A DNA stretch of 64,000 nucleotides. It comes from Deinococcota bacterium (lineage in GTDB: Bacteria; Deinococcota; Deinococci; Deinococcales; Thermaceae). This document shows positions 9,480-18,713 of the stretch, one piece after another. The notes under the pieces were generated by a model. It made no database searches, was not told the DNA's origin, and saw only the letters and a list, made by a program, of their open reading frames with translations. How positions within the stretch are numbered: the first letter of the stretch is position 1; each line of letters starts with the position of its first letter. The translations under genes and the position numbers were made by a program. Location: positions 1 through 64,000 of the forward strand of contig JBGFRI010000015.1 in the NCBI GenBank assembly GCA_041695225.1, read 5' to 3'.

Positions 9480-11500
9480 GCTACCTGATTGCTTTGTTAC
9501 TGGTCGGTCTCTCTACCGCGCTGCTCTTGCGCACGGGACGTACCTGGACCACACTGGTATTTATTTTCCTGGTGTTGGGAGTACTGGTGGTGCTGGGGGC
9601 CCAACCCTTTTTGCTGGCGTCGGCCCTGCTGTTGGGCCTGGCTTCGATCTGGGTTCCTAAATTCTCCTGGGCCAGTCCAAGACGGCGCCCCAGGCCCCAA
9701 CCCCGGTCCCCCAAAACCAAGCCCAGTTCGAAAGCGCCGCTGCCGAATACCGTCACCGGTCTGGAGGCCCTCTACGAGATCCAGGAAAAAGTAGGCATCG
9801 GCGGGATGGCCACCGTCTACAAGGGCCGTAATAAGAAAGATGGGCGCCAGATCGCGCTCAAGATTCCGCAGGAAAAGTATGTCGGCGACCCCAGATTTGT
9901 ACGGCGCTTCCACCGCGAAGCCGAGCTGCTGGCCCATCTCGACCACCCCGGCATCGTCAAGGTTTACGACCACGGCAACCAGGGCGATACTCACTACATC
10001 GCCATGGAATTCCTCGATGGTGAGGGGTTAGACCGCCTGATCGAAAACAAGCGACTGAGCATCAAAAGCATTGTGGAAGTGATGTTTCGGGTAGCCGAAG
10101 CCCTGCAGCATATCCATGCCCAGGGGATCATCCACCGCGATATCAAGCCTGGCAACATCATGGTGCTCAAGAACGCCGTGCGCGAGGATGGCAGCGTAGA
10201 CCCCCGGGGAGTTCGCCTGATGGACTTTGGCATTGCGGCCGGCAAGGTCTTGACCCGCCTGACCATCACCGGGGCCCGCATCGGCACTCCGGTCTACATG
10301 AGCCCCGAACAGGCCAAGGGCCAGCGCATTGATCACAAGTCTGATATCTACAGTTTTGGGGTGGTGTTTTACGAGGCCTTGTGCGGCCAGCCGCCCTTTC
10401 AAGGGGCCTACGAGGCGGTGATCCACCAGCAGATCACCCAGATGCCCGCCCCACCCAAGCAGGTCAACCCCGAGATTCCCCGGGTGCTCTCCGATCTGAT
10501 TTACAAAATGCTAGAAAAAGACCCGGAAAAGCGCCCTGGGTTGGAAGCGGTACTTGAAGTGCTGCGAGGCAAGTGGCAGGAAGACCCCGGCCTCACCCAG
10601 CCCATCTACCTGGCCCTGGCCGTAGAGACCAAGAAAGGCACTCTGCGCCTGATGGACCTGAACGGCACCCTGATGCGGATGTGGAGCGGGGTGGGCAGCG
10701 GGCGGGGAATGTTCCCCTCGCCGCCGCTCTCGATCTCCATTGACCAGCACGGGGGTTTCTGGATCAGCCTCTTCGAGTATGGGGGCGGTGCTGTGCGGCT
10801 GGTGCACCGCTTCGACCTGGAGGGCGAGATCACCCACTCCATCGCCCCATATGGCATGAAGCTGGGGGAGTTACTCTATCCCATCTCGCTAGCAACATTG
10901 CCCGATGGTCTTTTGGTACTGGACGGTGAGGCATGTGCCATCACCCGCTTCGATCTGGAAGGTAAGCCCGTGACTCGTTTTGGGGGTTCGGGTCAAGGCC
11001 GGGGTACCTTCGACTCGCCCAGGGCCATACTGGCCAGCCGCAACTACATCTTTGTGCTCGATTATGGAAACCGCCAGGTGCAGCGCCTCGAGCACAGCGG
11101 TCAGTATGTCTCGCGCTACGCCTTCCGCAAGAGCCGAGAGTCGCAAGAGCTGCGTCTGCTGGGTGGCCTGGGCCTGACCCCCGACGAGCAGCTCTTAATC
11201 TACGACTCAGACAGCCAGAAGATCCGCCAGCTCTCGCTCCAGGGCGAGGTGTTGCTCTCGCTGCCCTTGCCGGTGGGCGAGGGCGAAGACCCCGCCAGCC
11301 AGGTGGAGATGGTGGTACAGGGCGATACCATATACGCTATCCGCCGGGGCGGCAGCAAAATTCACCGGGTCAGGCTGGACGGCCAAGCCCAGGCCAGCCT
11401 CGAGGTATATGCCCCTTTGCGCGGCATTGCTTTCTGGCACAACACCAAACTGGCCCGGTCGGAGGTACCCGTAGACCTCTCGGCCCAGGCGTTTGATTAG
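9476..11500 (+). CDS. Membrane-anchored Hanks-type Ser/Thr kinase with C-terminal NHL-like beta-propeller
   Basis: N-terminal TM segments, G-x-GGMATVY, ALK, HRDIKPGN, DFG, GTPVYMSPEQ; G-x-F-x-x-P repeats at the C-terminus. Confidence 0.93.
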   Translation: MSYLIALLLVGLSTALLLRTGRTWTTLVFIFLVLGVLVVLGAQPFLLASALLLGLASIWVPKFSWASPRRRPRPQPRSPKTKPSSKAPLPNTVTGLEALYEIQEKVGIGGMATVYKGRNKKDGRQIALKIPQEKYVGDPRFVRRFHREAELLAHLDHPGIVKVYDHGNQGDTHYIAMEFLDGEGLDRLIENKRLSIKSIVEVMFRVAEALQHIHAQGIIHRDIKPGNIMVLKNAVREDGSVDPRGVRLMDFGIAAGKVLTRLTITGARIGTPVYMSPEQAKGQRIDHKSDIYSFGVVFYEALCGQPPFQGAYEAVIHQQITQMPAPPKQVNPEIPRVLSDLIYKMLEKDPEKRPGLEAVLEVLRGKWQEDPGLTQPIYLALAVETKKGTLRLMDLNGTLMRMWSGVGSGRGMFPSPPLSISIDQHGGFWISLFEYGGGAVRLVHRFDLEGEITHSIAPYGMKLGELLYPISLATLPDGLLVLDGEACAITRFDLEGKPVTRFGGSGQGRGTFDSPRAILASRNYIFVLDYGNRQVQRLEHSGQYVSRYAFRKSRESQELRLLGGLGLTPDEQLLIYDSDSQKIRQLSLQGEVLLSLPLPVGEGEDPASQVEMVVQGDTIYAIRRGGSKIHRVRLDGQAQASLEVYAPLRGIAFWHNTKLARSEVPVDLSAQAFD

Positions 11501-11613
11501 AGGGCCACATCTCGCAGGCCTCGAGTCGCCCACCGTAGAGTTTCGGCCTGGAATCTGGGCGAATTTTGCCCTCCGCCACAGCGGAGTTTTGCTGATTGTT
11601 CCAGAATAGAAGT

Positions 11614-12120
11614 ATGAAGCTGAAGCCCCACGACCCCATCCCGCTTTTTACGGTGCAGGATGCCTATGGTAGAACGGTAGACCTGGCCGAACTCGCCAGT
11701 AACGGGCGCTACATTGTGCTGTGGTTCTATCCCAGGGCCAGCTCTCGGGGATGCACTGCCCAGGCTAAGCGGTACGCCGAGTTGTACAGTGAGTTCAAAC
11801 AGCGCGGAGCCGAAGTGTTTGGCGTGAGTGCCGACCCGGCCGCTGCCCAGTGCCGATTTGTAGAACAGATGGCCCTTTGTGGTGGCATGATTCCCGACCC
11901 CACCAGGACTCTGGGGTGTGCTTTTGGCGTAGGAGGCTGGATGGGCTTCGGCCAGCTGCTAGGCATGTACAGCCGCGATACCATCCTGATTAATCCCCAG
12001 GGCAGAATTGAAAAAATCTGGCGTCGGGTTAACCCTTTCCGCGATGCCCAGGTGGCGCTGGAGTACCTGAAGTCGAAAGTCGGGGCTAGCTCCAGCCAAC
12101 ACGGGCCCAACTCAGCTTGA
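11614..12120 (+). CDS. Peroxiredoxin (BCP/PrxQ family)
   Basis: FYP-x-x-x-S-x-GCT peroxidatic motif, GVS-x-D. Confidence 0.85.
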   Translation: MKLKPHDPIPLFTVQDAYGRTVDLAELASNGRYIVLWFYPRASSRGCTAQAKRYAELYSEFKQRGAEVFGVSADPAAAQCRFVEQMALCGGMIPDPTRTLGCAFGVGGWMGFGQLLGMYSRDTILINPQGRIEKIWRRVNPFRDAQVALEYLKSKVGASSSQHGPNSA

Positions 12121-12191
12121 AACCTGGCCTATTGCCAACAGCGGCCCCTACGAACAGTCTCCAAAACACCCAGTTGAACAGGTGGCTGGTT

Positions 12192-13949
12192 TTAGCGTGT
12201 AGCCACATTCTGATCTAGCCCCCAGAAAGCTTCCATAACCCTGCGCGCGGCGGGAAGGGCCACCGTACTGCCCCCGCCGCCGTTCTCGAAGAAAGCCACA
12301 ACTACCAGCGGCGGCCTCGGGTCGGTAGGGTCTACTGGACCATAGCCCATATACCAGGCGTGCTCGAGGCCGGGGGTCATGGTCTCGTTCTGTGCGGTTC
12401 CGGTCTTGCCGGCGGTGGCTACTGGAAAGCGCCCCAGCACGTGCCGGGCAGAGCCAGCGGTCACGGTCATTCGCAGCCCGTCTTGTAGCTCTCTCCAGTG
12501 ATTACCAGCGACTCTGGTAGTGGGCCGTTTTATGTATTGCTGGCCAATCCTTCGTACCAGGTGCAGCTCGGGCTGCAGCCCGCCATTGGCAATGGTGGCC
12601 AGCATGCGGGCAATCTGGACCGGGGTGGTTTTGTTGTAGCCCTGCCCAATAACAATCGAAAGGGTCTCGCCTGGCCACCAGCGTGGGTCAGCGGGGACAT
12701 TCTGCCGCTTCCACTGAAGGCTAGGAACAATGCCGGTTTGTTCCCCAATTTCTAAGCCTGTTGGGCGGCCCACCCCCAGCTCCAGAGCACGCTGGTGCAG
12801 CTTGTCTACCATACCAATGGGGTCCAGTATGGCCAGCTGGTAGTACCAGGTGTTGCAGCTCTGAGCGATGGCTTGCTGGTTGTTCATCATGCCCATGTCG
12901 TGGCGGGCCCAGTTGCGCCTGATTCCCCCAAACACGATGTAAGGGCTGCACCGAAAAACTGTGCTTGGCGTCACCAGCCCCCTTTCCAGGGCCATGCTCG
13001 AGGTCACCAGTTTGTAGGTTGAACCAGGCGGATAGGCACTGACCGCACGGTTTAGAGTCGGGCGCCCCTGATCGGTGAACAGACTGCGGATTTTGTCGTG
13101 GGGGCGGGGTCTGCGGCCAAACAGGTTGGGGTCGAAGGCGGGGGCGGTGGCCATGGCCAGAACCTCGCCGTTACGCGGGTCAACGGCCACGATGGCCCCC
13201 TTGGCCCTGGTAGCCAGGGGCAGGCGGTGGCGAAGGCGGATTCGATTGACATCCTCCAGCCCTTCTTGTAGGGCCTGCTCGGCGGCTCGTTGCAGGCTCA
13301 GGTCAAGGGTCAGGTAGACGTCGGTGCCAGCCTGGGGTTCTTTGAGTTTCTCAAAACGAACCCGCTGCCCTCGAGCATTCACCTCGGTCAGCACCACACC
13401 ACTTGTGCCTCTAAGCTGGGCTTCCAGGGCAGCCTCGAGGCCCGAAGCCCCAACCAGCTCCTCGGGGTCATAGCCTTGTCTTAGCTGTTGCTGGCTTGGC
13501 AGGGTGGTGTGGCCGATTACCGGACCCGCAATGGGGTTTGGGTAGATTCGCTCGATACGCTCCAGGAGCCTCAGGTTGGGCTGTCCCGCGGTTAGTTCGG
13601 CCAGGGTAGGAATTAGTCTGTCGGGAATGTTGAGCATTAACTCAATTGGTTCGCGTTCTACCCGGGGTAGCTCCTTCAGCCCGGCCAGAGCCAGAATACG
13701 CTCTTCGAACTGTATATCTCCGCCTGAGTAAACCAGATCTACGGCCAGGCGGTTGGTAGCGATAACCTGACCATTACGGTCCAGGATGCGCCCTCTAGGT
13801 GCTAGCAGGGTTTCGGTGCGAAGGTAGTTGCCCTGGCTGCGGATGGCAAACTGCTCGTACTGCACAACTTGAAGCTGCCACAGCCGCCCGACAAACAGTA
13901 GCAGTATGAGGTAGAAAAGCCCCAGCAGAATCCAGATGCGGCCGTTCAC
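12192..13949 (-). CDS. mrdA: Penicillin-binding protein 2 (class B transpeptidase)
   Basis: RGRILDRNG, STYK, SCN and KTGT motifs; downstream of mreCD. Confidence 0.92.
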   Translation of the reverse strand: MNGRIWILLGLFYLILLLFVGRLWQLQVVQYEQFAIRSQGNYLRTETLLAPRGRILDRNGQVIATNRLAVDLVYSGGDIQFEERILALAGLKELPRVEREPIELMLNIPDRLIPTLAELTAGQPNLRLLERIERIYPNPIAGPVIGHTTLPSQQQLRQGYDPEELVGASGLEAALEAQLRGTSGVVLTEVNARGQRVRFEKLKEPQAGTDVYLTLDLSLQRAAEQALQEGLEDVNRIRLRHRLPLATRAKGAIVAVDPRNGEVLAMATAPAFDPNLFGRRPRPHDKIRSLFTDQGRPTLNRAVSAYPPGSTYKLVTSSMALERGLVTPSTVFRCSPYIVFGGIRRNWARHDMGMMNNQQAIAQSCNTWYYQLAILDPIGMVDKLHQRALELGVGRPTGLEIGEQTGIVPSLQWKRQNVPADPRWWPGETLSIVIGQGYNKTTPVQIARMLATIANGGLQPELHLVRRIGQQYIKRPTTRVAGNHWRELQDGLRMTVTAGSARHVLGRFPVATAGKTGTAQNETMTPGLEHAWYMGYGPVDPTDPRPPLVVVAFFENGGGGSTVALPAARRVMEAFWGLDQNVATR

Positions 13950-13958
13950 AAAACACTC

Positions 13959-14435
13959 CTATTTGCTTCTAACCGCAAATATCCGCTGATAGAACCGGAT
14001 AGCAAATGGCGCGATCAACAGTGTTAGCAGCATCTCCGGTAGGATAACTTGCCACAGAGTGAGAGGATTGAAGTTGCTCAGCCTTAACCACATGGCTACC
14101 AGTAGAATGCCCGCCCACTTGGCGGCAAAACTGCCTCCCAAAATTACTGCTTGGCCAGCTAGCTCATTCCAGTGCACTAAGCGTGAGAGGCGATAATAAG
14201 CGTAAGCGGCGAACAGCAATCCCACCGCATGAAGCCCCGGATGGCCCGCCGAAAGTAGGTCTTGCAGCAACCCAACAGAAAAGGCTAGCGGCAGGCCCAC
14301 ATAAGGCGATACCGAGGAGATCACCAGCAGCGTGGCCAGATAAATCAGGTCTGGGGGCACAAAGCTGTCCCCTAGCAGCCCAGAAACAAATCCCTGGAGG
14401 AGAAATGCTGCAACTACGATCAGAATAATTCGCAT
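13959..14435 (-). CDS. mreD: Rod shape-determining protein MreD
   Basis: Hydrophobic, PDL and GLL-x-D motifs; synteny. Confidence 0.85.
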   Translation of the reverse strand: MRIILIVVAAFLLQGFVSGLLGDSFVPPDLIYLATLLVISSVSPYVGLPLAFSVGLLQDLLSAGHPGLHAVGLLFAAYAYYRLSRLVHWNELAGQAVILGGSFAAKWAGILLVAMWLRLSNFNPLTLWQVILPEMLLTLLIAPFAIRFYQRIFAVRSK

Positions 14436-14616
14436 ACTCAGGGAAGGCTTGATCCAGTCAGGACCCTGGTAGTGACGAGGACTAAAGATACTATCATCTG
14501 GAGCGAATTGCCGCCTATTCGATAATCTTCACCCAGCGGGTCGCTATGACATCTGCCTGGTGCCTCCCTGCAGCCCCCACGCACTTTGTGCTGCCAGGCT
14601 TTCTGAGGGCTAGCAC

Positions 14617-15408
14617 TCATAGTGGTTTGAGCACCTGCACTTCCTCCAATAGCGAGAGCTGTACGGCGGGCCGCACCATTAAGACCTTTCGCAGCGCCCC
14701 TGGTGACAGGGGCAGCACCTCTTCGACGATACCCACAGTGATACCAGCAGGATAAAGCCCTTGCAGGGCGCCGGATACCACCTTATCTCCAGGTTTAACG
14801 CTGGCTTCGGGTGATATCTCGACCCGCAACATGCGTGGAGGAGCGCCATAGGCAATCCCACGGCCCGGTGCACCTGCTAGCCGCACCCCCACGCGCGATT
14901 CGGGGTCAAGCAAGGTACGAACCACAGCGTTGTGTGGGGTGACCTCGGTAATTACCCCCACCAGCCCGCTGGCAGTGGTGACCGGCATTCCCACCCGCAG
15001 CCCCTGGGCCGAGCCAGCCCCCAGATACAGCCTGCGAAAGAGTCCCGAAGCATCGTCGTTAATAACCGGCGCCACGGCTACCACGCCCAGGCCCTGTACA
15101 GCCTGCACCCGCAGGGTGGCCTGAAGCCTGCGGTTTTCTAAGGTCAGGCGAAGATTTTCTTGCCGAAGCTGCTCTAGTTCGGCCTGCATCTGCCGTTGTG
15201 CAGCCCGCAGGTCACGGCGGTCAAAAATGGCCGCCAGACTGGCCTGGGTGTTCTGGCCCAGGCGGAATGAGAAACCAAACAAAGGGGCCGTGCGGGCGGC
15301 AAACTCGCCCGGCAGTGTCGGCGCCGATTGCCGGGTGATAGTAGCCAACAGGACTCCCAGTAACAATAAACCCAGCAGCAGAGTACGACGAACAACGGTA
15401 TCGCTCAT
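14617..15408 (-). CDS. mreC: Rod shape-determining protein MreC
   Basis: TM plus coiled coil (EN-x-RL), GLVG-x-I, GD-x-VVSG...YPAGI-x-VG. Confidence 0.9.
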   Translation of the reverse strand: MSDTVVRRTLLLGLLLLGVLLATITRQSAPTLPGEFAARTAPLFGFSFRLGQNTQASLAAIFDRRDLRAAQRQMQAELEQLRQENLRLTLENRRLQATLRVQAVQGLGVVAVAPVINDDASGLFRRLYLGAGSAQGLRVGMPVTTASGLVGVITEVTPHNAVVRTLLDPESRVGVRLAGAPGRGIAYGAPPRMLRVEISPEASVKPGDKVVSGALQGLYPAGITVGIVEEVLPLSPGALRKVLMVRPAVQLSLLEEVQVLKPL

Positions 15409-15690
15409 GACCTACCCCAACTTGAGGGGCACAACCAGCAGTGGCGTACTGTCCAGGACGGCTTCAAAAAACCCAACTCCTACACCAGAGTCTAACGTAC
15501 ATGGGTCTGGTTGGCTCCAGAGCAGGAACCTACTGTACTGTATAGAGCACCAGCATGTAACCTGGATTAAACGGCCTCCAGGCCCCGAGCCAGAAAAGGT
15601 GGTCTGGCGGTCGGCAACACGATGAACAGAGCACCTGTCATGGCGAGGAGGTCGCTGGGCTGCCAAAGGTGCAGCCTGGGTAAAAGAGTA

Positions 15691-15740
15691 GCCGAAGATT
15701 CAGATGATCAATCCATAGACCTGGTGACGGAGTGGCTGAG
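15691..15740 (-). repeat. Copy of the dispersed 44-bp element (reverse orientation)
   Basis: Reverse complement reads ctcagccactccgtcaccaggtctatggattgatcatctgaatcttcggc, matching the 16924 unit. Confidence 0.8.
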
Positions 15741-15746
15741 GCTTGT

Positions 15747-15924
15747 CCTGAGCCTTGCCCTGAGCCCGTCGAAGGAGCCTGCCCTGAGCCCGTCGAAGGG
15801 GCAGTCGAAGGAATAGGGGTCATTAATCCATCCAGGGTAGGGTGGAAGCCCACCGGCCCACGGGGTGATCTGGATTGCTTCTCGTTTGGTTACACCTCAG
15901 GTACCGCCCTGGGCCTGTCGAAGG
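15747..15924 (+). repeat. Clustered and nested GCCCTGAGCCCGTCGAAGG REP-like repeats
   Basis: Identical 19-mers at 15757-15775 and 15781-15799, variant at 15906-15924, plus split half-copies around them. Confidence 0.75.
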
Positions 15925-16057
15925 ACAGCAAAGATGGTGAGAATGGCTATGGATTAGCTCGATCTGGATTATATTCCGTGGGCTTAGTGTCAGGCCAGAG
16001 CCTGATGGACAAAAGGCGAAGCTCGAGGTTAGAAAGACAGATGGCGAAAGAGCGCTG

Positions 16058-16882
16058 TTAAGTCAGAGGTGAGCTATCCAGCCTGCGATCCTGGAGCATC
16101 TGCAAGATCAGCCGATAGCCTTGCTTTCGCAGTGGACTCGGGTCGAGCCAGAGCCGCAGGTGAGCCTCGAGCCAGACTGCTTTGCTGTGCAATCCATGCA
16201 GCCAGGGGTAGTGAATCCGAGTATAGAGCAGCCCCCCCCGGTAGCCCTCAACAGTAAAACGTGGGTCCTGGGGGGTAGAGCTACCGCCCAGGTGCAAGAC
16301 CCTGCGGGGAACCAGCAAGACCCGCCAGCCCTTGCGCCGGGCGCGAGTGCACCAATCGAGGTCTTCGTTGTAGAAAAAAAACCGCTCGTCCATACCGCCA
16401 ATTGCTGCCAGCGCCTCCCGGCGGGCCATCATCAAGGCCCCCGAGACCCAGCCCACCGCCCTGGGCCGCCGCAGCCTCCAGTAGTTGGGGGCATACAGCA
16501 GCCCGTGGGACTGTAGCCGCCCATGTGCCGTATACAGGCTTGGGCCAGCAAAAGCTGCCCTGGGGTCGTTTTCTAGAGCAGCTTGCAGGGCTTCCAGGTC
16601 GCCAGCTTGCAGGTAAACATCGCTGTTCATCTGCACCACCCAGGGCCTTGAGGCAGCCTCCAGGCCCCGGTTGACCGCAAAGGCGTAGCCCCGGTTTGGA
16701 AGCTCTAGCAAGCATACCCCGGGGTGATGCTGCCTGACCCAGGCCGGGCTGCCATCGCTAGAGGCCGAGTCCGCCACGATTATTTCGGCGTCGGGGTAGT
16801 ACTGCTCAAATCGCCGTAGACACTCGGCCAAAACGCTTATGGCATTATGGGAGACCACTACAATAGAGTAATTTCTGCTCAC
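16058..16882 (-). CDS. Glycosyltransferase family 2 (WbbL-like)
   Basis: IIVADSASSDGS, N-x-GYA-x-A-x-N, NSD, GGMDERFFFYNEDLDWC; GGAGG RBS before the GTG at 16882. Confidence 0.9.
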   Translation of the reverse strand: MSRNYSIVVVSHNAISVLAECLRRFEQYYPDAEIIVADSASSDGSPAWVRQHHPGVCLLELPNRGYAFAVNRGLEAASRPWVVQMNSDVYLQAGDLEALQAALENDPRAAFAGPSLYTAHGRLQSHGLLYAPNYWRLRRPRAVGWVSGALMMARREALAAIGGMDERFFFYNEDLDWCTRARRKGWRVLLVPRRVLHLGGSSTPQDPRFTVEGYRGGLLYTRIHYPWLHGLHSKAVWLEAHLRLWLDPSPLRKQGYRLILQMLQDRRLDSSPLT

Positions 16883-16923
16883 TAGACCTCCGGCCTTCAG
16901 GATGGAGTAGGCCCTTTCACTTC

Positions 16924-17035
16924 CGGCCACTCCGTCACCCAGTCTATGGATTAATCATCCCCATTCTCGGCCACTCCGTCACCCAATCTATGGATTAATC
17001 ATCCCAATCTTCGGCCACTTCGTCGCCCAGTCTAT
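16924..17035 (+). repeat. 44-bp tandem repeat, about 2.5 units
   Basis: cggccactccgtcacccagtctatggattaatcatccccattct starts at 16924, 16968 and 17012. Confidence 0.9.
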
Positions 17036-17340
17036 ACGGCAGATCTTGCCGCCAGAGACAGTAAATCATGGCGCAGCACCATTCCAGGCGAATTCGTACC
17101 AAGCCTTTGAAGCTCTAGGCCCTACTTTCGACCTGGCTAGGAGGCAGTTGGGCCGGGGAAACAATTCAGGTGAAGATAGCCGCAAGTTAACCAAGCAGGT
17201 TTTGCTGGGTTGCCTTGTACCTTTAGGATACTCGCAATGCCGGAAAAGTCTCTCACTTCGCGCAAAACACACCCGCGCAGACTCCAGTTTATCTATGCAC
17301 TGGCCGGCTGGTTTATCAGACTTGCTATAGGATTAGGGGC

Positions 17341-17916
17341 GTGAAGATTGGTGTAATGGCAGTGCAGGGTGATTTTCGCGAGCACAAGCAGATGCTTACA
17401 GCTCTTGGGGTAGAGGCGGTGGAGGTGCGGTTGCCAAGGCACCTGGACGGATTGGCGGGCTTAATTGTGCCTGGGGGAGAGTCCACTACTATCGGGATGC
17501 TAGCACGGGAGTATGGCCTCGAGCGTGCGGTGCGGGAACGAGTTCAAGACTCTTCGCTGGCCCTGTGGGGAACCTGTGCGGGCGCTATCTGGCTGGCCAG
17601 AGACCTCCCACAATACCCAGACCAGCCCCGCCTGGGCTACTTGAATATCACGGTACAGCGCAATGCGTACGGTCGGCAAGTAGATAGTTTTGAGGAGGAC
17701 CTGCAGATCAAGGGGCTGAACAGACCTTTCCATGCTTTTTTCATTCGCGCTCCGGTCATTTTGCGCGTTGGCGAGGGTGTGGAGGTTCTGGCCAGGCACC
17801 AGCAGGACACTGTGCTGGTCAGGTCGGGCAAGGTGCTGGCAGGAACGTTTCACCCAGAGCTAACCCACGACGCAAGACTTCATAAACTGTTTGTAGACAT
17901 GGCATCCAGTAGCTAG
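17341..17916 (+). CDS. pdxT: PLP synthase glutaminase subunit
   Basis: QGDF-x-EH, PGGEST, GTCAG, RNAYGRQVDSFE, FIRAP, FHPEL. Confidence 0.96.
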   Translation: MKIGVMAVQGDFREHKQMLTALGVEAVEVRLPRHLDGLAGLIVPGGESTTIGMLAREYGLERAVRERVQDSSLALWGTCAGAIWLARDLPQYPDQPRLGYLNITVQRNAYGRQVDSFEEDLQIKGLNRPFHAFFIRAPVILRVGEGVEVLARHQQDTVLVRSGKVLAGTFHPELTHDARLHKLFVDMASSS

Positions 17917-18005
17917 ACGATAAATAGTTCACGAGCTATTTATATCGTGCCATATTTCACTAGTGAAGTATGATTGTCACGAGTCAGCAACTAATCCAAA
18001 AGTAT

Positions 18006-18096
18006 AAGCCGATAGCTGATAGCTGATAGCTGATAGCTGATAGCCGATAGCAACAGACGCTTTTAGCTATCCGCTATATGCTATAAGCTATTAGCC
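18006..18096. repeat. Heptamer (GCTGATA / GCTATNA) inverted-arm intergenic repeat
   Basis: (GCTGATA)n left arm, GCAACAGACGC core, TTTTAGCTATCCGCTAT right arm. Confidence 0.85.
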
Positions 18097-18185
18097 TTGG
18101 TTTGCACACATAACATTCTTCTGTGGGCCCTGAGGCGGTCGAGGCACTAAAAAGTGGGGCTTCAAAAGCGTAGAATAGAGTGTTT

Positions 18186-18617
18186 ATGGCTGGGCTCGAG
18201 AACCGCAAAGCACGTCACGAGTACGAAATTCTGGAGACCCTCGAGGCTGGTTTGGCTCTTAAGGGCACCGAGGTCAAATCTATGCGGGCTTCCCAGGTAG
18301 ACTTCACCGGCGCCTTTGCCCGGTTTCAAAATGGTGAGCTATTTGTAGAAAATCTTTACATTGCCCCCTATGAGAAAGGCGGTTATACCAACCATGACCC
18401 CCGCCGCCTGCGTAAACTGCTGCTCCACCGGCACGAGTTGAGCAAGCTTAAGGCGCGGGTCGAACAGAAGGGCCTGACCCTGGTACCCCTCAAGATCTAC
18501 TTTAATCAGCGCGGCAAAGCCAAGCTTTTGCTGGCGTTAGCCCGTGGTAAACGCAATTATCAGAAAAAAGCCGACGATAAGAAAAGGGCTGTGCAGCGTG
18601 AGCTGGAAAACTGGTAA
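18186..18617 (+). CDS. smpB: SsrA-binding protein
   Basis: NRKARHEY, EAGLAL-x-GTEVKS, R-x-RKLLLH, GLTLVPL. Confidence 0.97.
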   Translation: MAGLENRKARHEYEILETLEAGLALKGTEVKSMRASQVDFTGAFARFQNGELFVENLYIAPYEKGGYTNHDPRRLRKLLLHRHELSKLKARVEQKGLTLVPLKIYFNQRGKAKLLLALARGKRNYQKKADDKKRAVQRELENW

Positions 18618-18713
18618 ACAAGTCTCCCCGACTCTGGGCCTTAGACTCTCACTCAAGATCGGGCTTGCGATTCTAATCTTCTACGGGTAAAACTGAAGCG
18701 ACTGGGACTCTGG

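Noticed and set aside
14438..14620. 60-aa ORF between mreC and mreD
   Set aside because: It overlaps the mreC stop neatly but has no recognisable motif; not supportable without conservation data.
15622..16061. ORFs with CPEPVEG, PSTGSG or ALSPSK repeats
   Set aside because: These are translations of the DNA mini-repeat in different frames.
16924..17035. Possible mini CRISPR array
   Set aside because: Units are contiguous with no unique spacers, and there are no cas genes in the window.
17917..18713. tmRNA gene beside smpB
   Set aside because: No tRNA-like ends or tag-peptide frame were recognised.
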